Shown piece by piece: positions 21,987 to 30,698 of a DNA stretch of 64,000 nucleotides. Positions within the stretch are counted from its first letter, which is position 1. Each line of letters opens with the position of its first letter. This DNA comes from an uncultured Trueperaceae bacterium. GTDB lineage: Bacteria; Deinococcota; Deinococci; Deinococcales; Trueperaceae. The notes below the pieces were generated by a model. It saw nothing but the letters and a program-made list of their open reading frames with translations, searched no databases and was not told where the DNA came from. Both the position numbers and the translations under genes were made by a program. The stretch is from contig CAWCXJ010000006.1 of the NCBI GenBank assembly GCA_963799485.1, positions 352,001 through 416,000 of the forward strand. Direction: 5' to 3'.

Positions 21987-22753
21987 ACGGCTTCCTCGGT
22001 TTTTGCGGTTTCAGAGTTTGCGGTGAAGGGCTCGAGCGTTTCGGGCCTGTGACCAAACCATGTTTTCGGTCGGTTCGGCGTCGGCGCGGCCCAGCGCGCG
22101 GCGTTTCTCAAAACCTGCTTGATTTCACTTTGGTAATAGATCGGGAAAGTCTCGTGACCGGGCCGAAAGTAAAACACCTTGCCCTGCCCGCGGTTATAGC
22201 ACGCGCCGCTGCGGAAGACCTCGCCGCCTTCAAACCAGCTCACAAACACGAGTTCGTCGGGTGCAGGAACGTCGAAGGGTTCGCCGTACATCTCCGCTTG
22301 CGGGACGACGAAACTGTTCTCCAACCCTTCGGCAATCGGGTGCTGCGGCGCAACGACCCAGAGTCGTTCGCGCTCGCCGGCGTCGCGCCACGAGAGGTTA
22401 CAGGTTGTTCCCAAAAGGCGCTTGAAGATTTTGGCGAAGTGCCCGGAGTGCAGCACCACCAGCCCCATACCCTCTAGAACCCGCGCGTGAACCCGCTCGA
22501 CCACTTCATCCGACACCTCGCCGTGCGCCATATGGCCCCACCAGAAGAGAACATCGGTCGTGTCCAGTACGTCGCCGCCTAGCCCGTGCTCGGGCTCGTC
22601 CAGGGTGGCTGTGCGTACCTCGAAACCGGCTTCGCGTAAGCCGTCGGCGACGGCGCGGTGGATGCCGTCCGGATAAATCTCTGTGACTTTGGGGTTGCGC
22701 CGTTCGTGCCGAAACTCGTTCCAAACGGTGATGCGAGGTAGTTGCGGTGCCAT
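21983..22753 (-). CDS. thuA: ThuA-domain protein (trehalose utilisation family)
   Basis: [58 protein letters not shown] 22753 preceded by AAGGAGG. Confidence 0.9.
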   Translation of the reverse strand: MAPQLPRITVWNEFRHERRNPKVTEIYPDGIHRAVADGLREAGFEVRTATLDEPEHGLGGDVLDTTDVLFWWGHMAHGEVSDEVVERVHARVLEGMGLVVLHSGHFAKIFKRLLGTTCNLSWRDAGERERLWVVAPQHPIAEGLENSFVVPQAEMYGEPFDVPAPDELVFVSWFEGGEVFRSGACYNRGQGKVFYFRPGHETFPIYYQSEIKQVLRNAARWAAPTPNRPKTWFGHRPETLEPFTANSETAKTEEAV

Positions 22754-23170
22754 ACAAGCCTCCTTCAGCTCAAGAGAAAACGTTACCGTACCCGGTAATC
22801 GGCGCACAAGGCCATCTGAACACCTCGGCTAAAACAACAGTTGGCAATGGTTGGCGTCGTAGCACGGGCAAAAACCAGGGCGCGCGAAGCAGGCGCAAAC
22901 CTGCCGTCTGAGCTAACCTCTGTGGATTAAGCAACCGTTAATAAAACCAGGATGTTTATAGGTGCTTAAGTCAGTACGATGTGTATCAGGAGTTGCGTAT
23001 GCAAATCCTTTTCCGCGCAGCACGCTCTTTTGGGGAGGCCACCACATTACCGACGCGTGCTGCGTTTTCTGTCTTCTGCTTTTAATTTATACGAGCATAA
23101 AGCCGTACAGACGAAAGTTTTGCGTTTGCCTCGAGCAGTCCACCTCTTCTGCGCTATTTTGGTCGCAACG

Positions 23171-23359
23171 TCAGAACGACGGTTGCTTAGGGCTCAGCGG
23201 TGACGGGTCGCTCAGCGGCTCCGCCTCGGGCTCGTTGTGTGGACGCCTACCCGGTTCGTCGCCCCAGGTATCGGGAAAATCATCTTCAGGGTCCGGTACC
23301 TCAGGGTCCGGCACCTCACAGACGCCCGGCAGTTTGGGCTTCGGCGTATCTTTACTCAC
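23171..23359 (-). CDS. Small acidic, proline-rich hypothetical protein (62 aa)
   Basis: GTG start 9 nt after the pgm stop, preceded by TAGGGT-N6; internal EVPDP duplication. Confidence 0.5.
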   Translation of the reverse strand: MSKDTPKPKLPGVCEVPDPEVPDPEDDFPDTWGDEPGRRPHNEPEAEPLSDPSPLSPKQPSF

Positions 23360-23368
23360 CGTAAAACC

Positions 23369-25012
23369 CTACAACCCAGCCGCTTGAAATGCGCCTCGGA
23401 CGATTTCCTGCGCTTCGCTCTGAATCTCCCTAAGGTGCGCTTCGCCCTTAAACGACTCGGCGTAGATTTTGTAAATCTCTTCGGTGCCCGAAGGCCGCGC
23501 CGCAAACCAGCCCGACTCGGTGACGACTTTAAGCCCGCCGATGGCTGCACCGTTTGCCGGAGCTTTCGTCAGTTTGGCTGTAATCGTGTCGCCTGCTAGC
23601 GTATCCGCCGTAACCTGTTCGGGCGAGAGGGTAGCGAGCACCTTTTTCTGCTCGGTGTCGGCGGGCGCGTCGGTGCGGGCATAGACCGGCGCGCCGAATT
23701 CGGCCTCGAGGTCGCGGTAGTGTTCGCCGGGGTCGCGGCCTGTTTTCGCCAGGATTTCAGCCGCCAGCAAGTCCATGATGAGGCCGTCTTTGTCGGTCGT
23801 CCAGACGGTGCCGTCTTGCCGTAAAAACGACGCGCCCGCCGACTCCTCGCCGCCGAACCCGTAAGAGCCGTCTAGCAGGCCCGAAACGAAGTATTTGAAA
23901 CCGACCGGGACTTCCTCGAGCTTCCGCCCCAACCGCGCCGCTACCCGGTCGATCATCGAACTCGAGACCAGCGTTTTCCCGACTGCCGCGTCGCTGCGCC
24001 ACCCCGGACGGTTTTGAAACAGATAATCAGTCGCCACCGCGAGGTAGTGGTTCGGGTTTAAGAGCCCGCTGCTTTTGGTGACGATGCCGTGCCGGTCGGC
24101 GTCGGGGTCGTTGCCGAAGGCGAGGTCGAAGTCGTCTTTGAGTTTAATCAGCCCCGCCATTGCGTAGGGTGACGAGCAGTCCATGCGGATTTTGCCGTCT
24201 TTATCGACGCTCATAAAGGCAAATCTAGGGTCGACACTTTGATTGACGATATGTAAAGCTACGCCGTAACGTTCGGCAACCGGTTCCCAGTAGCCGACGC
24301 TCGCCCCGCCCAAAGGGTCGACGCCGAGTTTAAGGCCCGCGTTCGCTACCGCGTCCATATCGACGATGTCGCCTAACGCACCGACGTAAGGTGCGACGAA
24401 ATCGAACGTGTGTGTGGTGTCAGCCTCCAGAGCTTTTTTGAAGGCGATACGTTTGACGCCTCGCAGCTCGTCGCGTAAAAGCTCGTTCGCCCGCGTCTCA
24501 ATTTTTTTGGTGACGTCCGTGTCGGCGGGGCCGCCCGACGGTGGATTGTACTTAAAACCGCCGTCCCCGGGCGGGTTGTGCGACGGGGTGATGACCACAC
24601 CGTCGGCGAGACCGTCTTTACGGTTCCGGTTGTAACCCAAAATCGCGTGCGACACCGCCGGAGTCGGGGTGTAGCCTAAACCTTCTTGCAGCATTACCGT
24701 CACTCCGCTAGCGGCGAGGACTTCGGTGGCGCTGATCAGCGCAGGCTCGGAAAGTGCGTGCGTGTCCATCCCGACGAACATCGGCCCGGTGATGCCCGCT
24801 TCAGCCCGGTACTCGCAAAGCGCCTGGGTGACGGCTAAGATATGCGCTTCGTTAAAGCTGCCCGAAAGCGAGGTGCCGCGGTGCCCGGAAGTGCCGAACG
24901 AAACACGCTCGGCGGGGTTTTCGGGGTCGGGCTGCGTGGTGTAGTACGCCGCGACGAGGCGCGGGATGTTGGCGAGGAGTTCTTCCGGGGCTACTTTGCC
25001 GGCAAGTGTCAT
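23369..25012 (-). CDS. pgm: Phosphoglucomutase (alpha-D-glucose-1,6-bisphosphate-dependent)
   Basis: [38 protein letters not shown]. Confidence 0.96.
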   Translation of the reverse strand: MTLAGKVAPEELLANIPRLVAAYYTTQPDPENPAERVSFGTSGHRGTSLSGSFNEAHILAVTQALCEYRAEAGITGPMFVGMDTHALSEPALISATEVLAASGVTVMLQEGLGYTPTPAVSHAILGYNRNRKDGLADGVVITPSHNPPGDGGFKYNPPSGGPADTDVTKKIETRANELLRDELRGVKRIAFKKALEADTTHTFDFVAPYVGALGDIVDMDAVANAGLKLGVDPLGGASVGYWEPVAERYGVALHIVNQSVDPRFAFMSVDKDGKIRMDCSSPYAMAGLIKLKDDFDLAFGNDPDADRHGIVTKSSGLLNPNHYLAVATDYLFQNRPGWRSDAAVGKTLVSSSMIDRVAARLGRKLEEVPVGFKYFVSGLLDGSYGFGGEESAGASFLRQDGTVWTTDKDGLIMDLLAAEILAKTGRDPGEHYRDLEAEFGAPVYARTDAPADTEQKKVLATLSPEQVTADTLAGDTITAKLTKAPANGAAIGGLKVVTESGWFAARPSGTEEIYKIYAESFKGEAHLREIQSEAQEIVRGAFQAAGL

Positions 25013-25155
25013 AAAGCCTCCATTTAGGCCATATCATACCCGTGGTTTACGGCGGGGAACAGCACAAGGTTCCGGGCAAAAAAATTGGCTTTTAGTGCCG
25101 GAAAAAGTCGCGTGTTTGGTCTGTAGCCGACGTGCCGCGCTCGAGCCTCGGCTCG

Positions 25156-25419
25156 TCAAATCATGTCGTCTTGCCAGACGATAATCTCGGGATTTTCCGG
25201 GCCACCGGTAACGACGATGAGGACGACGTTACCGGGTTGTTCCTCGGTCTGCACAAGGTTGAAGCGCGCCACTTCGGGGTCGTCGTCGGGCAGGATGCAC
25301 AGCGCCGCACCCGCCGGGACCTGCGCGTGAAGTTCAGGCTCGAGGCGGATACATTCGCCGATTTTGAGCGACCACCACCGTGCACGCTCACCTGTTGTCC
25401 CGACGGGTAAATCTGAGAT
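25156..25419 (-). CDS. 87-aa hypothetical protein, DUF5647-like, with apparent ATC start (absent from ORF track)
   Basis: Manual translation SDLPVG...EPELHAQVPAGAALCILPDDDPEVARFNL...VWQDDMI*; GGAGG 5 nt upstream of ATC 25419. Confidence 0.55.
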   Translation of the reverse strand: MSDLPVGTTGERARWWSLKIGECIRLEPELHAQVPAGAALCILPDDDPEVARFNLVQTEEQPGNVVLIVVTGGPENPEIIVWQDDMI

Positions 25420-25560
25420 GCTTGCCTCCGCTTGCTGGACTGAGCGCCGATACCAGCGCGGTTATAGTTATAACACCGTCTGAGTGCCTAGCTTACCCGA
25501 ACCCCAAGGCGGTGACAGGATTTATGTCACGGATTGCGGTATAGGTGTGGTGAGCGGCGT

Positions 25561-26898
25561 CTAGCTCTCGCGGCGCAATATCCGGCCCCAGGTCGGGGAT
25601 AGCTCGAGCCCACCCCCTGAAACCGTTTCACCGGGATTTAACAGGTCTGTCCAGGTGTTGCCTGCTACCGGTAGCTCGAGCGTCACAGCTTCGCGGCTCG
25701 CGTTGACGGCAACCAAAACCGCCTCGTTTTGCCAGCTGCGGGAAAACACGAACTGCTCCGAAGTTACAAGCTGCTCGCGGTAATCACCACACCTGAGCGC
25801 CGGTAAGGTGTGGCGCAGTTTGATGAGTCTCTGAACAACCCCGTAAAGATGGGGATGCCGGCCCGCACTGCCCAGCATTTCAGGCGTAAGCGGCGGGCGG
25901 AGCGGGGCGTCGCTTGCCGGGGCCTTTTCGCCCGTTACGCCCCACTCGCTGCCGTAGTACAACGACGGTACACCGGGCACCGTCAAGAGCAGGATGTGAA
26001 GCGGATAGAGGTGCGCGGATTCGTGTAAAAGGCTGGCGACGCGGGGCACGTCGTGGTTGTCGGCGAAGGTGTAAAGCGGCAGCTCGCGGTAGATTCCGCC
26101 CGCGCCGAACTGTCGTTTGAGCGTGTGGGCCAGCTCGAAGTAGTTGCGGTCGTTGTGGCTCGAGTAGAGCCCTTTGTGCAGCTCGTAGTTCGTCGTTGCG
26201 TCGAGCTTGCCGGAACCGGCCCACTCCCGGTAGTCGCCGTGAATGACCTCACCCAAAAGCCAGCAGTCCGGTTTAACTTTACGGCAGACTTCAGCCAAGT
26301 CGTGCTGAAACTCCAAATCGAGCACGTCCGCTGCGTCGAGCCGTAAACCGTCGGCGTCAAAGGCTTGCAGCCACAGCCGCGCCGCCGTAAAAAGATGCTC
26401 ACGTACCGCCGGGTTTGCGGTATTGAGTTTTACGAGGTCGAAGTGCCCGTTCCAGCCCTCGTAACCGAACAGGTCGCCGGCGGGGCTCTGCGCCGTAAAA
26501 TCGAGAAAAAACCAGTCGCAATAGGGACTCGCTGCGCCGCGCTCCTGCACATCCCGGAACGCCCAGAAGTCGCGTCCGACGTGGTGAAATACGGCGTCGA
26601 GCATTACCTTCAAACCGCGTGCGTGACACGCCGTGATCAACGCCTTCAGGTCGTCGTTGGTACCGAGCCGCCGGTCTACCGTAAAGAGCTCGGCGGTGTC
26701 GTACCCGTGGCTGCCGGACTCGAGCACCGGCCCGAGCAGCAGCGTATTGACGCCCAACTCGCCCAGGTAAGGCAACCAGCCGTGCAACTTGCTTAAGCGG
26801 TCACTCGGCTCGCCCGTAAAGTCGTTACGCTCCGGTGCGCCCGTGCTGCCGAGGGGGAAGAGGTGATAGATAACTGCGCCTTGTGCCCAATGATTCAT
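25561..26898 (-). CDS. Alpha-amylase family GH13 hydrolase (cyclomaltodextrinase/neopullulanase-like)
   Basis: SHGYDT, LDAVFHH, GLRLDAA, GEVIHG, FADNHD catalytic motifs. Confidence 0.9.
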   Translation of the reverse strand: MNHWAQGAVIYHLFPLGSTGAPERNDFTGEPSDRLSKLHGWLPYLGELGVNTLLLGPVLESGSHGYDTAELFTVDRRLGTNDDLKALITACHARGLKVMLDAVFHHVGRDFWAFRDVQERGAASPYCDWFFLDFTAQSPAGDLFGYEGWNGHFDLVKLNTANPAVREHLFTAARLWLQAFDADGLRLDAADVLDLEFQHDLAEVCRKVKPDCWLLGEVIHGDYREWAGSGKLDATTNYELHKGLYSSHNDRNYFELAHTLKRQFGAGGIYRELPLYTFADNHDVPRVASLLHESAHLYPLHILLLTVPGVPSLYYGSEWGVTGEKAPASDAPLRPPLTPEMLGSAGRHPHLYGVVQRLIKLRHTLPALRCGDYREQLVTSEQFVFSRSWQNEAVLVAVNASREAVTLELPVAGNTWTDLLNPGETVSGGGLELSPTWGRILRRES

Positions 26899-26913
26899 AT
26901 TAACTCCTTTATT

Positions 26914-26925
26914 TACCGTTCGGTA
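26914..26925. promoter_or_regulatory. Putative TetR operator TACCGTTCGGTA upstream of the GH13 gene
   Basis: Exact reverse complement of the box at 27541-27552. Confidence 0.7.
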
Positions 26926-26968
26926 TAATCGTAGTCTGAAAAGTGTGTATCGCCGTTGGCTTTAGCAT

Positions 26969-27535
26969 TTAAGAGTAGATGCCGTAGCTGAACTGTTTGA
27001 CGATGTCGTACTTGAGGGTGTCGTCGGGGGTAATTTCGCCGGAAAGAACGAGTCCCGAGTAGGTGTTGACCAACCCGACGAAACTTACGGCGTAGCGGCG
27101 GGCGCGGCCCCGCATGTTGCCGTGGTCGCGGCTTGCGGCCTCAAACAAGTTTTCGACAAGCTCACGCTGCTTACGCCCTAACGGACGCGCCAAGCGGTAC
27201 GACCGGCTTTCCGGCGGGGCTACGGCGCACGCCGATAGCAGGTGGTAAAAGCTCGTTTGCGCCGTAGCAAAGGCCAGATACGCCTCGACGATGGCGAGCA
27301 GGTTGCGGGTCAGGTCGCCTTGATAACAGGTCGCGGCCTCGAGCTTCGTCAAAAGGGGCTTAGCGTCACGGGTGATAAGCGCCCCGAGTACACCCTCCTT
27401 GTTGCCGAAATGATGGTAGAGCGTGGGTTTGGTGACGCCCGCAGCCGCAACGAGTTCTTGCACGCCCACCGCGTCGTAACCGCGCGCAGAGAACAGCCCC
27501 AAGGCGTGGGTGAGGATAAGGTCGGGTGTATCCAC
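26969..27535 (-). CDS. TetR/AcrR family regulator
   Basis: LFSARGYDAVGVQEL...GVTKPTLYHHFGNKEG; start re-assigned to GTG 27535. Confidence 0.9.
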   Translation of the reverse strand: MDTPDLILTHALGLFSARGYDAVGVQELVAAAGVTKPTLYHHFGNKEGVLGALITRDAKPLLTKLEAATCYQGDLTRNLLAIVEAYLAFATAQTSFYHLLSACAVAPPESRSYRLARPLGRKQRELVENLFEAASRDHGNMRGRARRYAVSFVGLVNTYSGLVLSGEITPDDTLKYDIVKQFSYGIYS

Positions 27536-27540
27536 AGCTA

Positions 27541-27579
27541 TACCGAACGGTAGTATACCAGACGGTATAGCTGTGTCAA
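27541..27579 (-). promoter_or_regulatory. Sigma70-type promoter with two overlapping TetR operator boxes
   Basis: Minus strand TTGACA (27579-27574)-N16-TATACT (27557-27552); boxes TACCGAACGGTA 27541-27552 and TACCAGACGGTA 27556-27567. Confidence 0.8.
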
Positions 27580-27641
27580 GATATCTCGAGGTGTACAAGC
27601 CGGTTCGTATTTGGTGGCGACCGAGCTTTGCCGCACGAGGC

Positions 27642-28322
27642 TCAGGGTAGCCGAGAAATGACGGCTGAAGCGGTGCGCGTGGGACGGCTCAACCGTTTTC
27701 GGATAAGCCATTCGGCGACGGCGAGGTTAATCACCCAACCTGCACCCATCGCCAGCGCCCTTGTCGGCTCTCCCAGGAGTGTCGGAAAAAACAGTAGCGG
27801 CAGATGCGTCAGGACTTGCGTACCTGCGCCCATGCCGATAGCGTAGGCGCGAATCATCCAGGCACCGTGCCGGGAAAAGTCTCGCCGCCGAATGGCAGCA
27901 ACACCGAGGAGAAGGGATAAGAGCATCGCCGACCCGAACACGAGCCGCAAAATGTATAAAACCTCACCGTCATACTTGGGCCAGGGATAAAACCGGGCCA
28001 TCCACAAGCCTGAAAGTGCCGCGATAAGCCCGCACGGAATCAGGAGCCGCCCGGCTGCGCGGTGCCAACCCGGTCGCCGACGGCGAAAACCGGGGACGAA
28101 CTGAAACGCACCCAAAACGGCGTACACGCTGACGCTGACGATGTGCAGTACCACAGGCAAAGGCGACGCGAAAAACCGGGCGTTGTCCGCTGTGACTTCT
28201 GCGCCGCTACTCAGTTCGGTAAGGCGAAAGGCACCGGCGGCGACCGGAACGGCGCTGAGCAAAAGCAGCGCAGCGGGGATAAGCCACTCCCCTATAGACT
28301 TCGTTTTTACATCCGGATTCAT
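27642..28322 (-). CDS. DUF2306-like membrane protein
   Basis: PLPVVLHI, WHRAAGR, HGAWMIRAYA, GWVINLAVAE; multiple TM helices. Confidence 0.75.
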   Translation of the reverse strand: MNPDVKTKSIGEWLIPAALLLLSAVPVAAGAFRLTELSSGAEVTADNARFFASPLPVVLHIVSVSVYAVLGAFQFVPGFRRRRPGWHRAAGRLLIPCGLIAALSGLWMARFYPWPKYDGEVLYILRLVFGSAMLLSLLLGVAAIRRRDFSRHGAWMIRAYAIGMGAGTQVLTHLPLLFFPTLLGEPTRALAMGAGWVINLAVAEWLIRKRLSRPTRTASAVISRLP

Positions 28323-28361
28323 TTGCAGCCCTCCTTTAAGGGTGGTTCGGTGTTGCCTGGT

Positions 28362-28589
28362 TCAACCGGCGTCTTCTCCCAGGTCGAAAGAAAAAACGTC
28401 TTCCAGCGGTGTATTAAAAACGTGGGCGATACGAAACGCGACTTCCAAAGAAGGTGAATACTTCGCCTTTTCGATGGCGACGATGGTCTGCCTCGTTACG
28501 CCTACCCTGTCGGCGAGTTCTTTTTGGGTCATTTCGTTGTGGTGAAAACGCAACGTTCGGATGTTGTTGCTGATGGGACTTTTGCCCAC
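28362..28589 (-). CDS. XRE/Cro-C1 HTH transcriptional regulator
   Basis: NNIRTLRF...MTQKELADRVGVTRQTIVAIEKAKYSPSLEVAF. Confidence 0.9.
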   Translation of the reverse strand: MGKSPISNNIRTLRFHHNEMTQKELADRVGVTRQTIVAIEKAKYSPSLEVAFRIAHVFNTPLEDVFSFDLGEDAG

Positions 28590-28590
28590 C

Positions 28591-29046
28591 TCAGAAGCCC
28601 TTCTGATAGAGCAGCAATCTGCTTGCGTCGCCGATAATCTGTGCCAGGATGCCGAAAAAGATGAGCAGGCTGAACATCACCAAAGGCGGTTGCCCGAGGA
28701 CAAAACTCAGCATGGCGAGAAACACCCCGAGTGAGGACGCAGTATATGTGACCTGTGTTCCCCGTAAACCGATGAGCTTGTCCCTTTCGTCCTCGAGGTC
28801 TTCGATTTCCGGGTTCTCGTTGCCTGTTCTAAACGCCTGGACGATGGCGGAGGCGATGTGCGTAAGAATCGTAGCAAGAATTGTGACGACGACGGCGAGG
28901 ACAATAACGATTCCCCAGAGGCGAAAAACGCTGGTCGGGGTGAAGGTGTCGTTTTGAACCAGCTGAACTATCCTGAAGAGGTAAAAGCTCAGGATCAAAA
29001 CGAAGTTGACCAAGGATACGGTGATGTTTTTCTGCTGAAAAGACAT
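28591..29046 (-). CDS. Hypothetical membrane protein (DERD motif, typical XRE partner)
   Basis: 4 TM segments, EDERDKLI; start re-assigned to ATG 29046 with GAGGG RBS. Confidence 0.75.
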   Translation of the reverse strand: MSFQQKNITVSLVNFVLILSFYLFRIVQLVQNDTFTPTSVFRLWGIVIVLAVVVTILATILTHIASAIVQAFRTGNENPEIEDLEDERDKLIGLRGTQVTYTASSLGVFLAMLSFVLGQPPLVMFSLLIFFGILAQIIGDASRLLLYQKGF

Positions 29047-29095
29047 TTTTCCCTCTTTCTGTTGATCGGTAGCTCGAGTCAAATAAAGCGTCCAT

Positions 29096-29124
29096 ATAGT
29101 AAACAATTTTATACCCTGTGTCAA
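29096..29124 (-). promoter_or_regulatory. Sigma70-type promoter of the membrane protein/XRE/DUF2306 cassette
   Basis: Minus strand TTGACA-N17-TACTAT, overlapped by imperfect GTAAA-N6-TTGAC and GTATA-N6-TTTAC boxes. Confidence 0.7.
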
Positions 29125-29223
29125 ATATCTTTTACTTAAGCTGCCCAAAAGTAAGCCGTTTGTTTTGGCTGGCGTGTTCAGCAACAGTACTGATTTGAGC
29201 GCTCAAATAATCGAGACTTGCCT

Positions 29224-29742
29224 CTAGGTGGAAATCCGTTTAGGCAAACGAGCTAGAAATAGCTCTACTTCCTGAACACGCTGTAAATGGATGATCTGTT
29301 TACCCTCGAGCCCTCTCAACTTCTCCAAAATCACCGGTCGCCGCACCTTCGGATACTCCCAAACGAACCGTAAAAACTCGCCCGTCAGCCGCTCCGGGCA
29401 GCCCTCGGTCATATCGGGCCGTGAGCGGTTGTGATACCGAAGCCGACGCTTAAAGACACGCCACAAGCAGCGCAACCGAGGTAAGTCAAGAAAGATTACG
29501 GTGTCGGCAGCTGCCAAGCGCACATCCATCGTCGAGCCGTAGTTGCCGTCAACAATCCAGCAGTCTTGCGCTAGAAAGCTGCTTTGACGTTTCAGCCACT
29601 GGTCGTGAGGCGCTTCAGTCCAGCCTGTGTTCCAGTAAAGCCGGTCTAAATGGATGACGGGAAGTCCGGTTCGCTCGCCCAGTGCACGGGCCAGTGTCGT
29701 TTTGCCAGCCCCGCCCGACCCGATAATTGCCACGCGCTTCAC
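29224..29742 (-). CDS. Adenylate kinase-like P-loop protein (DNA topology modulation protein FlaR family)
   Basis: IIGSGGAGKTT, HLDRLYW, WIVDGNYG, RPDMTEGCPE. Confidence 0.85.
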   Translation of the reverse strand: MKRVAIIGSGGAGKTTLARALGERTGLPVIHLDRLYWNTGWTEAPHDQWLKRQSSFLAQDCWIVDGNYGSTMDVRLAAADTVIFLDLPRLRCLWRVFKRRLRYHNRSRPDMTEGCPERLTGEFLRFVWEYPKVRRPVILEKLRGLEGKQIIHLQRVQEVELFLARLPKRIST

Positions 29743-30695
29743 GCTAAATCGAGGCGCTGACCCAGGCCCGTTTCAAGCGCCCCCTGATACACCGTCCACG
29801 CTACCGCCAAATCCATCCACGCCAGACCGACCCCGCCGTAAACGGTCAGTTCGTCACCGAGCCGCCCCGGAACCTGTCCGCTTAACACCTCGCCGAGTTC
29901 ACCGGTAATGGCGTCTTCATTTAGTCCGACACTGCCGATAGTGCCGTCCCTGACCGCCAAGTCCTTGTTATCGCAAAAAAAGCGGCTCGTTAACACCAAA
30001 TCCGCCGATACCTCGGCCTTGCCCGGTTCATCCGCGCCGAGCGTCGTGACGTGTGCGCCGCCGCGTAAAAACTCGGGGTAGAGAAAGGGCTCCCTCGCCC
30101 ACGTTGCCGTAACGATGATGTCGGCGTCGGCGACGGCTTCAGTGAGCGAGTCCGCCGGAACGAGCTTCGCGTCCGTTTTTGCTGCCAGCCGCCGGACGAA
30201 GGGGCCGGTTTTAAGCGGCACGATGTCAAAGACCGTAACGGTGTGGAGCTGCCGGACATAGGTGAGCAGCTCGAGCTGCCACGCGTTTTGTACCCCTGCG
30301 CCAATAAGGGCGACGTGACTCGAGTTTTTCCGGGCAAGTGTGTCGGCGGCGACCGCGCCCGCCGCCGCCGTTCGCAGCGCCGTAAGGTGTCCTGAACCTA
30401 AAACCGCCAGCAGCTCGCCCGTATGAATATCGAAGAGCTGAATCAAGCCACGAATAGCGGGTTTGCTGTCCGGAAACTCCGCGTGAACGTTGACGGTATA
30501 GGCCGGAACATCGGGGAGCAGGCCGGGGAAAAGGACAGTCGCCGAAGCGCCGTTTTGCGGGAGCCCGGGGCGGGCGCGTTGCGGAGCGATACCGGCACCC
30601 GAAGATGCGACAAAACCTTTACGGACGGCTTCAAAAAGGGGGAGGGGCTCCAACAACCTCACCACGTCCGCGTGGGTTAAAAGCAAGATAGACAT
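29739..30695 (-). CDS. Ornithine cyclodeaminase/mu-crystallin family protein
   Basis: [39 protein letters not shown]. Confidence 0.85.
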   Translation of the reverse strand: MSILLLTHADVVRLLEPLPLFEAVRKGFVASSGAGIAPQRARPGLPQNGASATVLFPGLLPDVPAYTVNVHAEFPDSKPAIRGLIQLFDIHTGELLAVLGSGHLTALRTAAAGAVAADTLARKNSSHVALIGAGVQNAWQLELLTYVRQLHTVTVFDIVPLKTGPFVRRLAAKTDAKLVPADSLTEAVADADIIVTATWAREPFLYPEFLRGGAHVTTLGADEPGKAEVSADLVLTSRFFCDNKDLAVRDGTIGSVGLNEDAITGELGEVLSGQVPGRLGDELTVYGGVGLAWMDLAVAWTVYQGALETGLGQRLDLA

Positions 30696-30698
30696 ACG

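Noticed and set aside
22867..22920. GGCAAA...GCGA...GGCGCAAA...GTCTGAG resembling a c-di-GMP-I riboswitch
   Set aside because: The tetraloop stem cannot pair properly, a simple GCAGG/CCTGC hairpin explains it, and no plus-strand gene lies downstream
22962..23387. Plus-strand ORFs upstream of thuA
   Set aside because: Cys/Ser-rich atypical composition, overlapping promoter DNA and antisense to the small Pro-rich ORF
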